NCBI GenBank assembly: GCA_051531975.1
Contig: JAOPTT010000013.1
Location: forward strand, 64,001-128,000
From: Spirochaetaceae bacterium
GTDB lineage: Bacteria > Spirochaetota > Spirochaetia > DSM-2461
Reading direction: 5' to 3'
DNA length: 64,000 nucleotides
Shown here: positions 41,776 through 50,970 of the stretch, piece by piece
Numbering within the stretch: the first letter of the stretch is position 1
How the letters are laid out: each line of letters begins with the position of its first letter
Notes under the pieces: generated by a model
What the model was told of the DNA's origin: nothing
The model's input: only the letters and a program-made list of their open reading frames with translations
Database searches by the model: none
Position numbers and translations under genes: made by a program

Positions 41776-44355
41776 GTGGCAGATCATGTAGGACGAGTAA
41801 TCCCAATAGCAATAGAAGATGAAGTTAAAGAGTCATATTTAACTTATGCAATGTCTGTAATAGTTAGTAGAGCTTTACCAGATGCTAGAGATGGATTAAA
41901 ACCAGTACATAGACGTATTTTATATTCAATGAGTGAGATGGGTTTAAGAAATAATACACCTTATAAAAAATGTGGACGTATTGTTGGTGATGTTTTAGGT
42001 AAGTATCATCCCCATGGAGATCAATCAATTTATGATGCTTTAGTAAGATTAGCACAGGATTTTTCATTAAGAATGCCAGTAGTTCAAGGTCAAGGTAACT
42101 TTGGTTCTGTTGATGGAGATCCACCAGCAGCAATGAGATATACTGAGGCTAGATTAGCAAAAGTTTCAGAAGCTATATTAAGAGATATAAAAAAAGAGAC
42201 TGTAGATTTTAGACCTAACTATGATGATTCTATGTTTGAACCATCTGTACTTCCTACAGCTTTTCCATTTTTATTAGTAAACGGTTCCAGTGGTATTGCT
42301 GTTGGTATGGCAACAAATATGGCTCCTCATAATTTAAGTGAGTGCTGTGATGCTATAAATGCAACAATTGATAATCCTGAACTAACAGCATTAGACTTAA
42401 CTGAATTTGTTAAAGGTCCAGATTTTCCTACAGGTGGTATTGTTTGTGGTCGTCAGGGTTATATTGATGCAGCAACTACTGGTAGAGGTAAAATAACTGT
42501 TAGATCTAAAACAGATCTTGAAGAATTAAGAAATGATAGAGAAGCTATTATTGTTACTGAAATTCCATATATGGTTAATAAGGCAAATTTAGTTCTTAAG
42601 ATTGCAGAACTTGTAAGAGATAAAAAAATAGATGGTATTTCAGATTTAAGAGATGAATCTGATAGAAATGGTATGAGAGTTGTAATAGTAATTAAAAAAG
42701 GATTCTCACCTAAAGTTGTATTAAACCAGTTATATGCACATACATCTCTACAACAAAACTTTAATGTTAATAACTTAGCTATTTTAAATGGTAGACCTAT
42801 AGCCTGTAACTTAAAAGATTTGGTTAAGATTTTTATTGAACATAGACAAGATGTTATTACAAGAAGAACTATATTTGATTTAAATAAAGCTAAAGATAGG
42901 GCTCATATATTAGAAGGTTTACAAATAGCTTTAGAAAATGTTGATGAAGTTGTAGCTATAATTAAAAAATCATCTAGTGTTGTTAACGCTAGAGTAGCTT
43001 TAATGGCCCGGTTTGAATTAAGTGAAAAACAAGCACAAGCTATTTTAGATATGCGTTTACAAAAAATTACTAGTCTTGAAACTCAAAAGATAATGGATGA
43101 GTTAAAAGAGATTCAAGAGTTAATAGCATATTTACAAGGATTATTAGATAATCCTGGTAGAATATTAGCAGTAATTAAAGAAGAGACATTAGAAATTAAA
43201 GAAAAATATGGTACTCCTAGATTTTCAGAACTTACAGTTCAGGAAGTTACAGGGATAACTATTGAAGATTTAATAGAACAAGAGGATATGGTTGTACTAA
43301 TATCTAATAAAGGTTTTATTAAACGTGTTTCTCTTTCTGAATATAAAGAACAAGGTAGAGGTGGAAAAGGTTCTAACTCTGCTAAGTTAAAAGATGGTGA
43401 CTTTGTTGAACATATATTTATAGCTAATACCCATGATGTTATTATGTTTGTTACTTCTGTAGGTAAAGCTTATTGGTTAAAAGTTCATGAGATTCCCGAA
43501 GCTTCTAGACAAGCTAGAGGTAGTCATTTAAAAACTATTTTTGAGTTTGAAGAAGAAGAAGAAATTACAACTACTGTTTCTTTAAATGGATTTACTGAAG
43601 ATACTTTCCTATTTATGGCAACAAATAGAGCTACCGTTAAGAGAGTAACAACTCATAACTTTAGAAATGCTAAAACTAGGGGTATAAAAGCTATTAAGTT
43701 AGATGAAGGTGAGAAGTTAATCTCAGCAAAATTAACTGATGGAAACCAGGATATTGTTCTTATTTCGCAAAAAGGGAAAGGTTTAAGGTTCCCTGAAACA
43801 GCTGTAAGAGTAATGGGTAGAGATACTCATGGTGTTAGGGGTATTAAATTAGCTGTTGACGATAAACTTATAGGTGTTTGTGTAGGTTCTGAACAAGAGC
43901 AGATGTTATTACTTTCAGAGAATGGTTTTGGTAAACGTACTCTTATGGGTAATTTATCTTATCATAATAGAGCTACTCAAGGTCAGATAATATATAAAGC
44001 TAATAAAAAAACTGGAAAAGTTATTGGTTCAATGACTGTAACTGAAGAGGATCATATCGTTTGTATTACTCAATTAGGGAAAACTTTAAAGGTTAGAACT
44101 AGTCTTGTAAGTCTTATTGGTAAAAATGCCTTTGGTGTTAAAATACTAAACATAGATAAAGATGATAACTTGGTTGGTTTGGCTAAGGCAGTTAATACTG
44201 ATCCAGAACCAGAACAAAAAGACCTTTTAGATATAGCAGCAACTGAAAATGATACAGAAACTATAGAAGATGATGTTCCACGTGAAACATCTGACAACAT
44301 AGAAACTACAGATGATGATGTTTTAAATGAAACAACTGATAATGTAGAAGAGTAA
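41776..44355 (+). CDS. gyrA: DNA gyrase subunit A
   Basis: YHPHGD, AAMRYTE, GyrA-box QGRGGKG; acidic tail; GTG start. Confidence 0.97.
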   Translation: MADHVGRVIPIAIEDEVKESYLTYAMSVIVSRALPDARDGLKPVHRRILYSMSEMGLRNNTPYKKCGRIVGDVLGKYHPHGDQSIYDALVRLAQDFSLRMPVVQGQGNFGSVDGDPPAAMRYTEARLAKVSEAILRDIKKETVDFRPNYDDSMFEPSVLPTAFPFLLVNGSSGIAVGMATNMAPHNLSECCDAINATIDNPELTALDLTEFVKGPDFPTGGIVCGRQGYIDAATTGRGKITVRSKTDLEELRNDREAIIVTEIPYMVNKANLVLKIAELVRDKKIDGISDLRDESDRNGMRVVIVIKKGFSPKVVLNQLYAHTSLQQNFNVNNLAILNGRPIACNLKDLVKIFIEHRQDVITRRTIFDLNKAKDRAHILEGLQIALENVDEVVAIIKKSSSVVNARVALMARFELSEKQAQAILDMRLQKITSLETQKIMDELKEIQELIAYLQGLLDNPGRILAVIKEETLEIKEKYGTPRFSELTVQEVTGITIEDLIEQEDMVVLISNKGFIKRVSLSEYKEQGRGGKGSNSAKLKDGDFVEHIFIANTHDVIMFVTSVGKAYWLKVHEIPEASRQARGSHLKTIFEFEEEEEITTTVSLNGFTEDTFLFMATNRATVKRVTTHNFRNAKTRGIKAIKLDEGEKLISAKLTDGNQDIVLISQKGKGLRFPETAVRVMGRDTHGVRGIKLAVDDKLIGVCVGSEQEQMLLLSENGFGKRTLMGNLSYHNRATQGQIIYKANKKTGKVIGSMTVTEEDHIVCITQLGKTLKVRTSLVSLIGKNAFGVKILNIDKDDNLVGLAKAVNTDPEPEQKDLLDIAATENDTETIEDDVPRETSDNIETTDDDVLNETTDNVEE
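44274..44289. promoter_or_regulatory. parS site inside the gyrA 3' end
   Basis: TGTTCCACGTGAAACA matches the parS consensus TGTTNCACGTGAAACA. Confidence 0.9.
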
Positions 44356-44371
44356 TTTAATTATTACTTAT

Positions 44372-44404
44372 AAAAAAAGGAGAGTCTAATAAACTCTCCT
44401 TTTT
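44372..44404. terminator. Bidirectional terminator between gyrA and the NifU-like gene
   Basis: AAAAAAAGGAGAGT-N7-ACTCTCCTTTTT. Confidence 0.85.
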
Positions 44405-44413
44405 AATTTATAA

Positions 44414-44429
44414 TGTTCCACGTGAAACA
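44414..44429. promoter_or_regulatory. parS site (intergenic)
   Basis: TGTTCCACGTGAAACA; parAB starts about 450 bp downstream. Confidence 0.92.
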
Positions 44430-44442
44430 TCTATTTAAACTA

Positions 44443-44667
44443 TTAAACTGATTCAACACTCTTTACTTCAGGTATCTCTTTTTTTAAGAAAGCTTCAACA
44501 CCTTGTTTAAGTGTTACTTGTGCCATAGGACAACCATTACAAGCTCCTTGAAGTTCTACCATAACAGTACCATCTTCTTTTACTTCTACTAGTTTAATAT
44601 CTCCACCATCAGCTTGTAGAGAAGGTCTTACCTGCTCTATAGCCTTAGCCACTTTTTCTTCTAACAT
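44443..44667 (-). CDS. NifU/NfuA C-terminal-domain Fe-S carrier
   Basis: VRPSLQADGGDI, LQGACNGCP. Confidence 0.93.
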   Translation of the reverse strand: MLEEKVAKAIEQVRPSLQADGGDIKLVEVKEDGTVMVELQGACNGCPMAQVTLKQGVEAFLKKEIPEVKSVESV

Positions 44668-44877
44668 CTTTTCTCCTTGTATTCATATGCTAGTATAATT
44701 TTATATACTAACATTGGTTGCATAACTAATCAGTAACATTTGTTACAATTAAGCAATATTGATTGGCGAGCAGGGATTTATCCCGACTAGCCCTTGATAA
44801 TTAATATATAATAATCTATTTAATGACAAATGAAAATATATTATATATACTCAAATATAACAAAATAAGGAAAATAT

Positions 44878-45645
44878 ATGGGAAAAATCATTGTTTTTGC
44901 TAATCAGAAGGGTGGTGTAGGTAAAACAACTACAACTGTGAGTCTTGGAGCTTACCTTGCTGAAAAAGGAAAAAAGACACTTTTAGTAGATTTTGATCCA
45001 CAGGGAAATCTATCAAGTTCTCTGGGTATCGATGGCAAACTAGCTGGTATTTATGAAGTTATAATGGGTCAAGTAGAAATAAAATCGGCTATTAGAACAA
45101 CTAATGACGATAATTTATTTATTCTTTCATCAAATATTAACTTATCTGGTGCTGCTATTGAGCTTGTTAATGTTGATAAGAGAGAATTTTACTTAAAAAA
45201 AGTTCTAGATACTATTAAAAATGATTATGACTATATTTTAATTGATTGTCCTCCATCATTAGGTATAATCACATTAAATGGTTTTGCAGCGGCAGATAAA
45301 GTTATAGTCCCATTACAATGTGAATTTTTTGCATTAGAAGGTTTTTTTAAGATGTTATTTGAGACAATAAAAAGAATTCAAAAGACCTTAAATCCATCAT
45401 TAACAATAGGTGGCATTGTCTTTACTATGTATGATTCAAGAACTAGATTAGGGAATGATGTAATAAACAAAGTTAAATCTGTTTTTATTAAACATCCTGA
45501 ATTAATATTTGATTCAGTTATTCCAAGAAATGTAAGATTATCTGAAGCTCCTTCACATGGTATAACAATAAATAAATATGCTCCTAAATGTTCGGGAGCT
45601 ATTAGTTATGAAAAATTAGCAAAGGAGGTTATAGAACGTGTCTAA
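44878..45645 (+). CDS. parA: Chromosome partitioning ATPase ParA/Soj
   Basis: NQKGGVGKTT, DPQGN, IDCPPSLG, IPRNVRLSEAPS. Confidence 0.96.
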   Translation: MGKIIVFANQKGGVGKTTTTVSLGAYLAEKGKKTLLVDFDPQGNLSSSLGIDGKLAGIYEVIMGQVEIKSAIRTTNDDNLFILSSNINLSGAAIELVNVDKREFYLKKVLDTIKNDYDYILIDCPPSLGIITLNGFAAADKVIVPLQCEFFALEGFFKMLFETIKRIQKTLNPSLTIGGIVFTMYDSRTRLGNDVINKVKSVFIKHPELIFDSVIPRNVRLSEAPSHGITINKYAPKCSGAISYEKLAKEVIERV

Positions 45646-46483
45646 AATGAGCGCACTAGGGTCTGGTTTAGATTCTTTAATAGTAAATATGGAAAGTGAT
45701 GAAAGTGGTTTCAATGAGGTTAGTTTATCACTTGTTAAAGCAAATCCTTATCAACCTCGTAAGGAGTTTTCAGAAGAATCTATAGCAGAACTTTCTGAAT
45801 CCATTAAAAGCTGTGGTGTTATACAACCAATATTAGTTGAAGAGAGTTTAAATGGTGGTTATACCATAATTGCTGGTGAGAGGCGATATAGAGCTTCAAA
45901 ATTAGCTGGTTTAACAACAATACCTGTTATTGTTAAAAATATTTCGGAAGAAGAAAAATTAGAAATATCTTTAGTAGAAAATATTCAAAGGGAAGACTTA
46001 ACCGCAATTGAAGAAGCAAAAGCTTATAAAAAACTTATGGATTCCCTTAAATTAAATCAAGAAGAAGTGGCGCATAAAGTTGGAAAAAAAAGATCAACTA
46101 TAAGTAACTCTATAAGATTATTAAATCTTCCTGATGATTTACAACAATCTGTAAATATAGGTGAACTAAGTGCTGGTCATGCTAGAGCTCTTTTATCTAT
46201 AGATAAACCAAATATTCAAAGGTCAATTTTCAATAAAATAAAAGAGAATAAACTTTCTGTTAGAGCTACAGAAAAAATGGTTAGTGATTATAGTTCTGAA
46301 AAAAAAGAAATTAAGCATATAAATAAAAGAATAGATCCTGATATTCAATATATTGAACAGCTTTTTATTGATGCCTTAGGTACAAAAGTTAAATTAAAAG
46401 GAAATATTGAAAAAGGAACTGTAGAAGTTACTTATTTTTCAAAAGATGATTTAAATAGAATAGTTGACCTCTTATCAAAGTAA
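45638..46483 (+). CDS. parB: Chromosome partitioning protein ParB/Spo0J
   Basis: NPYQPR, IAGERRYRA, ENIQREDL. Confidence 0.96.
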   Translation: MSKMSALGSGLDSLIVNMESDESGFNEVSLSLVKANPYQPRKEFSEESIAELSESIKSCGVIQPILVEESLNGGYTIIAGERRYRASKLAGLTTIPVIVKNISEEEKLEISLVENIQREDLTAIEEAKAYKKLMDSLKLNQEEVAHKVGKKRSTISNSIRLLNLPDDLQQSVNIGELSAGHARALLSIDKPNIQRSIFNKIKENKLSVRATEKMVSDYSSEKKEIKHINKRIDPDIQYIEQLFIDALGTKVKLKGNIEKGTVEVTYFSKDDLNRIVDLLSK

Positions 46484-48259
46484 TTTTAGGGTATTTTTAA
46501 TATAAAGATAATCATTTTTAGTTATCATTATGCCTTTATATGCGTATTCTAATAAGATCTTTAATGTTTTTTCATTGCCTTTTATTTTTTTATTCCATAA
46601 AACCCATCCTATATCTTTAGGATGGGGTATTTTTTTTCTTTTGCTTATTTTTATTATTTTTAATAAATATTTATTTTTATTTAATATATATATAAATATT
46701 ATTACTGTTATTATAACTATAAATAGTGTTAAAAATACTGGGAGATAATTTTTTTTATAATCTACCTTTTCTTCAAGTTTATTATCTTCAGGTTTACTTA
46801 AATTATTATTTTTTTTAACTATTCTATTATTTTCTCTATAAAGCGGAGGAGTAACCTCAAAAGTTTCCCATCTACCATCAATAAATACTTCAGGCCATAA
46901 ATGAGAATTTTTTTCAGTTATGATGTGCTCTGTATTAAACATATAATTATTTTCAATATTTGGAATATCGACTAAATAACCTGATATTTCTCGTGTTAAT
47001 ATATCATTTTCAGTTGCTAATAATATAAATGATCTTGCAAAGTGTATACAAAACCCAGTTTTTGTCTCAAATAAAAACTTTGATATATACTCTCTATCTT
47101 CTTGGGTTTCTAAACTATAAACATAATTATTAAAAAGATATTTCCTTATATTGTTAATAGTTTCTCTATCTGTTTTGCCTTTTAATGATTCAGCTAACTT
47201 TTGCATTCTATCTGATAGTTCGGGTTTATTAAGAATAAATTCTGTTTCATCTACATAATTTTTACTTATAATTAACTTTATTTTATCAGCTTTTGAAAGT
47301 GGTAAACTAAGTTTTAGTGTTTTATCCATATTATTTGGATAGTCAAAGCCAGATATATTAGTTGTTTCTAGGGTCGTAGGAATAATAGGTAAAAAATCTG
47401 CCATAACAGTTAATTCTATATATTTTGCATTTTTATTGTCTATTTCTAATTTTTTTGATAGTTCATAATTTTCATATTTATTGTCTATTTTCATTCTAAG
47501 ATAAAATCTATCCCCAGGATATCCAGTAATCTTTAGAAGAGCACTTGTTGTTAATATTGGAGGTTTTCCACTGTTACTTGCGTAGGGTCTACTTAGACCG
47601 GGTATAGATGGCATTAAATTAAAAGATTTAAAGTAAGTATTTAATACCTTTCTTATATTGTAAGAACTGTTATTAACTAATTTTGATTCTTTTTGCGTTG
47701 AATTATTAAAAATTAATAGACTGAGATAAAATATAAAAATAATAAAAAGTAATATGGGCAATATTTTTCTAAATTGTTTTGTATAAATTAGTTTAAATAC
47801 AAGAAATATAGGTAATAGACCTATAATAATTATAAACAAAAAGCCTTTATTAAATAAAAGTGCAGCAAATAGGACTAAAAACATAATTAAAAAGAATATT
47901 GATTGAAAGCTGTTTCTTTTATTAAACATACCTAGAAAAAAACCTAATATGAAGCAAATAAGGTATATTAATATAACTGTTATATGACTGTCGGGTATTT
48001 TATTTTGAATAAATTGAAACCATGTAATGTAAAATGATAGAGGTATAATAATTAAATTAGCAATAAATATGAATAAAACTATAATTGTTATTATAAATTC
48101 AATATATCTATTTTTTATATAAGTATAAAATAAAAAAGATCCCAAAGATATTAGTAAAGAAAATATATATAGGCTACTTATTCTAGAAAAATATACAGCT
48201 GTAATTGCTCCAGCTATAGATAAAAGTATTGTTAAAACATATCTAATTATTTTATACAT
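46475..48259 (-). CDS. Membrane protein with transglutaminase-like domain
   Basis: GFCIHFA, HLWPEV and FEVTP triad-like motifs; N-terminal TMs. Confidence 0.8.
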   Translation of the reverse strand: MYKIIRYVLTILLSIAGAITAVYFSRISSLYIFSLLISLGSFLFYTYIKNRYIEFIITIIVLFIFIANLIIIPLSFYITWFQFIQNKIPDSHITVILIYLICFILGFFLGMFNKRNSFQSIFFLIMFLVLFAALLFNKGFLFIIIIGLLPIFLVFKLIYTKQFRKILPILLFIIFIFYLSLLIFNNSTQKESKLVNNSSYNIRKVLNTYFKSFNLMPSIPGLSRPYASNSGKPPILTTSALLKITGYPGDRFYLRMKIDNKYENYELSKKLEIDNKNAKYIELTVMADFLPIIPTTLETTNISGFDYPNNMDKTLKLSLPLSKADKIKLIISKNYVDETEFILNKPELSDRMQKLAESLKGKTDRETINNIRKYLFNNYVYSLETQEDREYISKFLFETKTGFCIHFARSFILLATENDILTREISGYLVDIPNIENNYMFNTEHIITEKNSHLWPEVFIDGRWETFEVTPPLYRENNRIVKKNNNLSKPEDNKLEEKVDYKKNYLPVFLTLFIVIITVIIFIYILNKNKYLLKIIKISKRKKIPHPKDIGWVLWNKKIKGNEKTLKILLEYAYKGIMITKNDYLYIKNTLKLL

Positions 48260-49368
48260 ATAATTTCTACTAACTCCGATAGTTTATTTATCATTTTGGA
48301 CAGTTGTTCTTGCTTTATTGGATCTAAATTTGTTGTAATAATATAAATAGTAAGTTTTTTACTGTTTTTTATATAATCCAAATCAAAGAAAAAGTTAGAT
48401 TCAAAAGTTGTAATTAAAATTATTCTATCTGACTCTTTATAGTTTTGTGTTTTGTAATTAAGTTCAGTCTCATAAACAGTTTGATCAAATTTAATATTAA
48501 TTGAATCCTTATATAACTTCTTAAAATCTGTTTCATTTGTTATTGGCAAACTACATATATTAATCTTAGTTTCTCTGTTGTTTTCAATATTTTTACTTAT
48601 TATTGATAAAGCTGTTTCTATAGATAAGTCATCAGTAGGGCCTAATCTATGGGCAGGAAGAGTAGTACAATCTAAAAAAATATATGTATATTGTCCCTCT
48701 TCTGATAGATACTTTCTTATATATGGTTCTCCTCGGGATGCTAAATGTTTCCACGATATTTGTGACATTTTTGAACCAGGAATATATTTATCAATTGAAT
48801 CAAGATAATCAGTATATTTATTATCCTTAAAAATTGAGTTGTTTTTATTTTCTCCAGAACCATTTTTATCACTATATATATTTTTGTTTATCATAGGATA
48901 AACATAAAAAGTTCTAGGCCAAAATGATAATTTAAACTCAAATATATTCAGTATATCTCTACATACTATATTTTTAATACCTACATCATAAATACCTCTA
49001 TATGGAAGATAAAAATTCGAATAGATATGTTCTGACTCAGTATTTTTAATTTTTGGATTTAAATTATCTAGTTTTATATTATCATTAAATGAAATCTCAA
49101 TAAAACATGGTGTAATTGGTAAATAATTCTCTATGGTTAATTTATATTCTATATTTTGACCTTTCTGTGGGTGCTCTGTAGAAAATTGCTGATAATAATT
49201 TATACTATTTATAGAAGTAATATAGTGTATTAAATTACTTATCAGAATTAGAGTCAAAAATATATAAACAAGCCTAAAATATCCTCCAATATAATTTCCT
49301 AATAGAAAAACTAAAGTCCAAAAAAGAGTATAAAATATGAGATTTTGTATTTTAACTGTTAATTTCAA
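48247..49368 (-). CDS. DUF58-domain protein
   Basis: RGIY, VYP, YIPGSKMSQISWK; sits between MoxR and the transglutaminase-like gene. Confidence 0.75.
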   Translation of the reverse strand: MKLTVKIQNLIFYTLFWTLVFLLGNYIGGYFRLVYIFLTLILISNLIHYITSINSINYYQQFSTEHPQKGQNIEYKLTIENYLPITPCFIEISFNDNIKLDNLNPKIKNTESEHIYSNFYLPYRGIYDVGIKNIVCRDILNIFEFKLSFWPRTFYVYPMINKNIYSDKNGSGENKNNSIFKDNKYTDYLDSIDKYIPGSKMSQISWKHLASRGEPYIRKYLSEEGQYTYIFLDCTTLPAHRLGPTDDLSIETALSIISKNIENNRETKINICSLPITNETDFKKLYKDSINIKFDQTVYETELNYKTQNYKESDRIILITTFESNFFFDLDYIKNSKKLTIYIITTNLDPIKQEQLSKMINKLSELVEIICIK

Positions 49369-50300
49369 TTGATTCCTACAGGAATAGCAATTTTTTTTAG
49401 TATTTCAGATATTATAAGATTTATAGATTTATTATTTAATATAGCCTCTGATGTAAGTTGAATCTTATGTGGAAAGACTCTTTTTACACTATATATAACA
49501 TCTTCTGGAATCAAATAATCTCTATCTGAAAATATTGCTTTGCTTTGGGAAAATTTAATTAAGTGTTTTAATCCCCTTGTACTTAAACCATATTTGACAT
49601 CTGTATGATTTCTTGTTTTATTTCCAATATTTACTATATATTCAAGAACATCATCACTTATATTTACAGAATGAACATATTTTATCAAACTAGTTATTTC
49701 TGAAATATCTGAAACTTTATTAACATTATCTACAGGCTCAATATTTTTAAAATCTAATAAAATCTTTTTCTCATTTTCAATAGATGGATATCCAGGTTTT
49801 ATTAATATTCCAAATCTATCAATTTGTGATTCTGGCATATCAAAGGTACCTAGATAAAAAGATGGATTTTTTGTAGCAATAACTATGAAAGGATTTGGTA
49901 GGGTAAAACTTTTACCATCAATTGATACTGTTTTTTCTTCCATAGCTTCTAAAAGAGCAGATTGTGTCCGTGGTGAGGCTCTATTTATCTCATCAGCTAG
50001 AATTAGTTCGCTAAAAATAGCACCTTTTTTAAGATTAAATTGTCTTTGTACAGGATCCCATATAGTCATACCGGTTATATCACCTGGTAAGAGATCAGGT
50101 GTAAATTGTATTCGTCCTAGTTCTAATCCCGCAGATTTAGCTAAACATTTAACAAGAGTTGTTTTTCCTACTCCAGAAATATCTTCAATTAAAATATGTA
50201 ACCCAGCAACAAATGCAAGAACTGCATCTTCTATTACAGTAGAATTACCTATAAATCCCTTTGAAGTCTCAATAATTAGTTTTTCAATAATACTTTTCAT
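49365..50300 (-). CDS. MoxR-family AAA+ ATPase
   Basis: GVGKT, RIQFTPDLLPGD, DEINRASPRTQSALLEAM. Confidence 0.93.
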   Translation of the reverse strand: MKSIIEKLIIETSKGFIGNSTVIEDAVLAFVAGLHILIEDISGVGKTTLVKCLAKSAGLELGRIQFTPDLLPGDITGMTIWDPVQRQFNLKKGAIFSELILADEINRASPRTQSALLEAMEEKTVSIDGKSFTLPNPFIVIATKNPSFYLGTFDMPESQIDRFGILIKPGYPSIENEKKILLDFKNIEPVDNVNKVSDISEITSLIKYVHSVNISDDVLEYIVNIGNKTRNHTDVKYGLSTRGLKHLIKFSQSKAIFSDRDYLIPEDVIYSVKRVFPHKIQLTSEAILNNKSINLIISEILKKIAIPVGIN

Positions 50301-50331
50301 AAATATAATTATATACTAATTCCATAACATG

Positions 50332-50360
50332 TTGACAAAAAATGATGATTTTAGTACATT
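50332..50360 (+). promoter_or_regulatory. sigma70 promoter of the tRNA-Ser cluster
   Basis: TTGACA-17 bp-TACATT. Confidence 0.7.
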
Positions 50361-50376
50361 AACGATGCAATTTAAT

Positions 50377-50461
50377 GGAGAGGTGTCCGAGTGGCCGATG
50401 GTGACGGTCTTGAAAACCGTTGTGTGTAATAGCACCGAGGGTTCGAATCCCTCCTTCTCCG
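50377..50461 (+). tRNA. tRNA-Ser(TGA)
   Basis: Cloverleaf; ACGGT-CT-TGA-AA-ACCGT; long variable arm; GTTCGAATC; no encoded CCA. Confidence 0.96.
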
Positions 50462-50480
50462 ATATTTAAATTATTTTTAT

Positions 50481-50567
50481 GGAAAGGTGCGAGAGTGGCT
50501 GAACCGGGCTCCCTGCTAAGGAGTTGTACCCGTAAGGGTACCGGGGGTTCGAATCCCCCCCTTTCCG
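50481..50567 (+). tRNA. tRNA-Ser(GCT)
   Basis: GCTCC-CT-GCT-AA-GGAGT; long variable arm; no encoded CCA. Confidence 0.96.
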
Positions 50568-50598
50568 TTTTTTTTTATAACAAACTTTTCGACGAGAA

Positions 50599-50684
50599 AA
50601 TGTTTGTCAATAATTGATAAAATTGTCGATATTCTTAATGTTTGTCAATAATTGTAAAAATTGTCGACATTCTTTGTGTTTGTC
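50599..50684. repeat. 38-bp tandem repeat (about 2.3 copies) with TTGTC every 19 bp
   Basis: TGTTTGTC at 50601, 50639, 50677; TTGTC at 50604, 50623, 50642, 50661, 50680. Confidence 0.85.
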
Positions 50685-50733
50685 TACATTTGAAAATATA
50701 GAAATTTTGTAAACTTTTCTTATTTTTATACAT

Positions 50734-50818
50734 GGACAGGTGTCCGAGTGGCCGAAGGAGCACGCTTGGAAAGCGTGTGTATCGCAAGGTACCGAGGGTT
50801 CGAATCCCTCCTTGTCCG
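50734..50818 (+). tRNA. tRNA-Ser(GGA)
   Basis: CACGC-TT-GGA-AA-GCGTG; long variable arm; no encoded CCA. Confidence 0.96.
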
Positions 50819-50823
50819 GATCC

Positions 50824-50950
50824 AAGCCTCTTTAACTACATCCAGGAGCTTTAATAATGACTTTCACCTAACTCCGCCAGGACTGGAAGGTAGCAACGGT
50901 AAGTGAAATGTTATTGTTTAAAGTAAGCCTGGGTGTAGCTAAAGAGGTTT
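50824..50950 (+). ncRNA. ffs: Small SRP RNA (4.5S)
   Basis: Long hairpin with CAGGACTGGAAGGTAGCAAC domain-IV core; directly upstream of dnaX; ends approximate. Confidence 0.88.
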
Positions 50951-50970
50951 TTTTTTAGTAGTATAAATCT

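Noticed and set aside
43281..43290. Internal ATG at the GyrA CTD boundary, as for the separately expressed Borrelia Gac protein
   Set aside because: GAGG is only 2 nt from the ATG and no clear internal promoter is visible; cannot be supported from sequence
50599..50684. Mini-CRISPR interpretation of the 38-bp repeat
   Set aside because: Units are contiguous with no unique spacers, and no cas genes are in the window
50420..50825. ORFs 50420-50617 and 50607-50825
   Set aside because: They overlap tRNA genes
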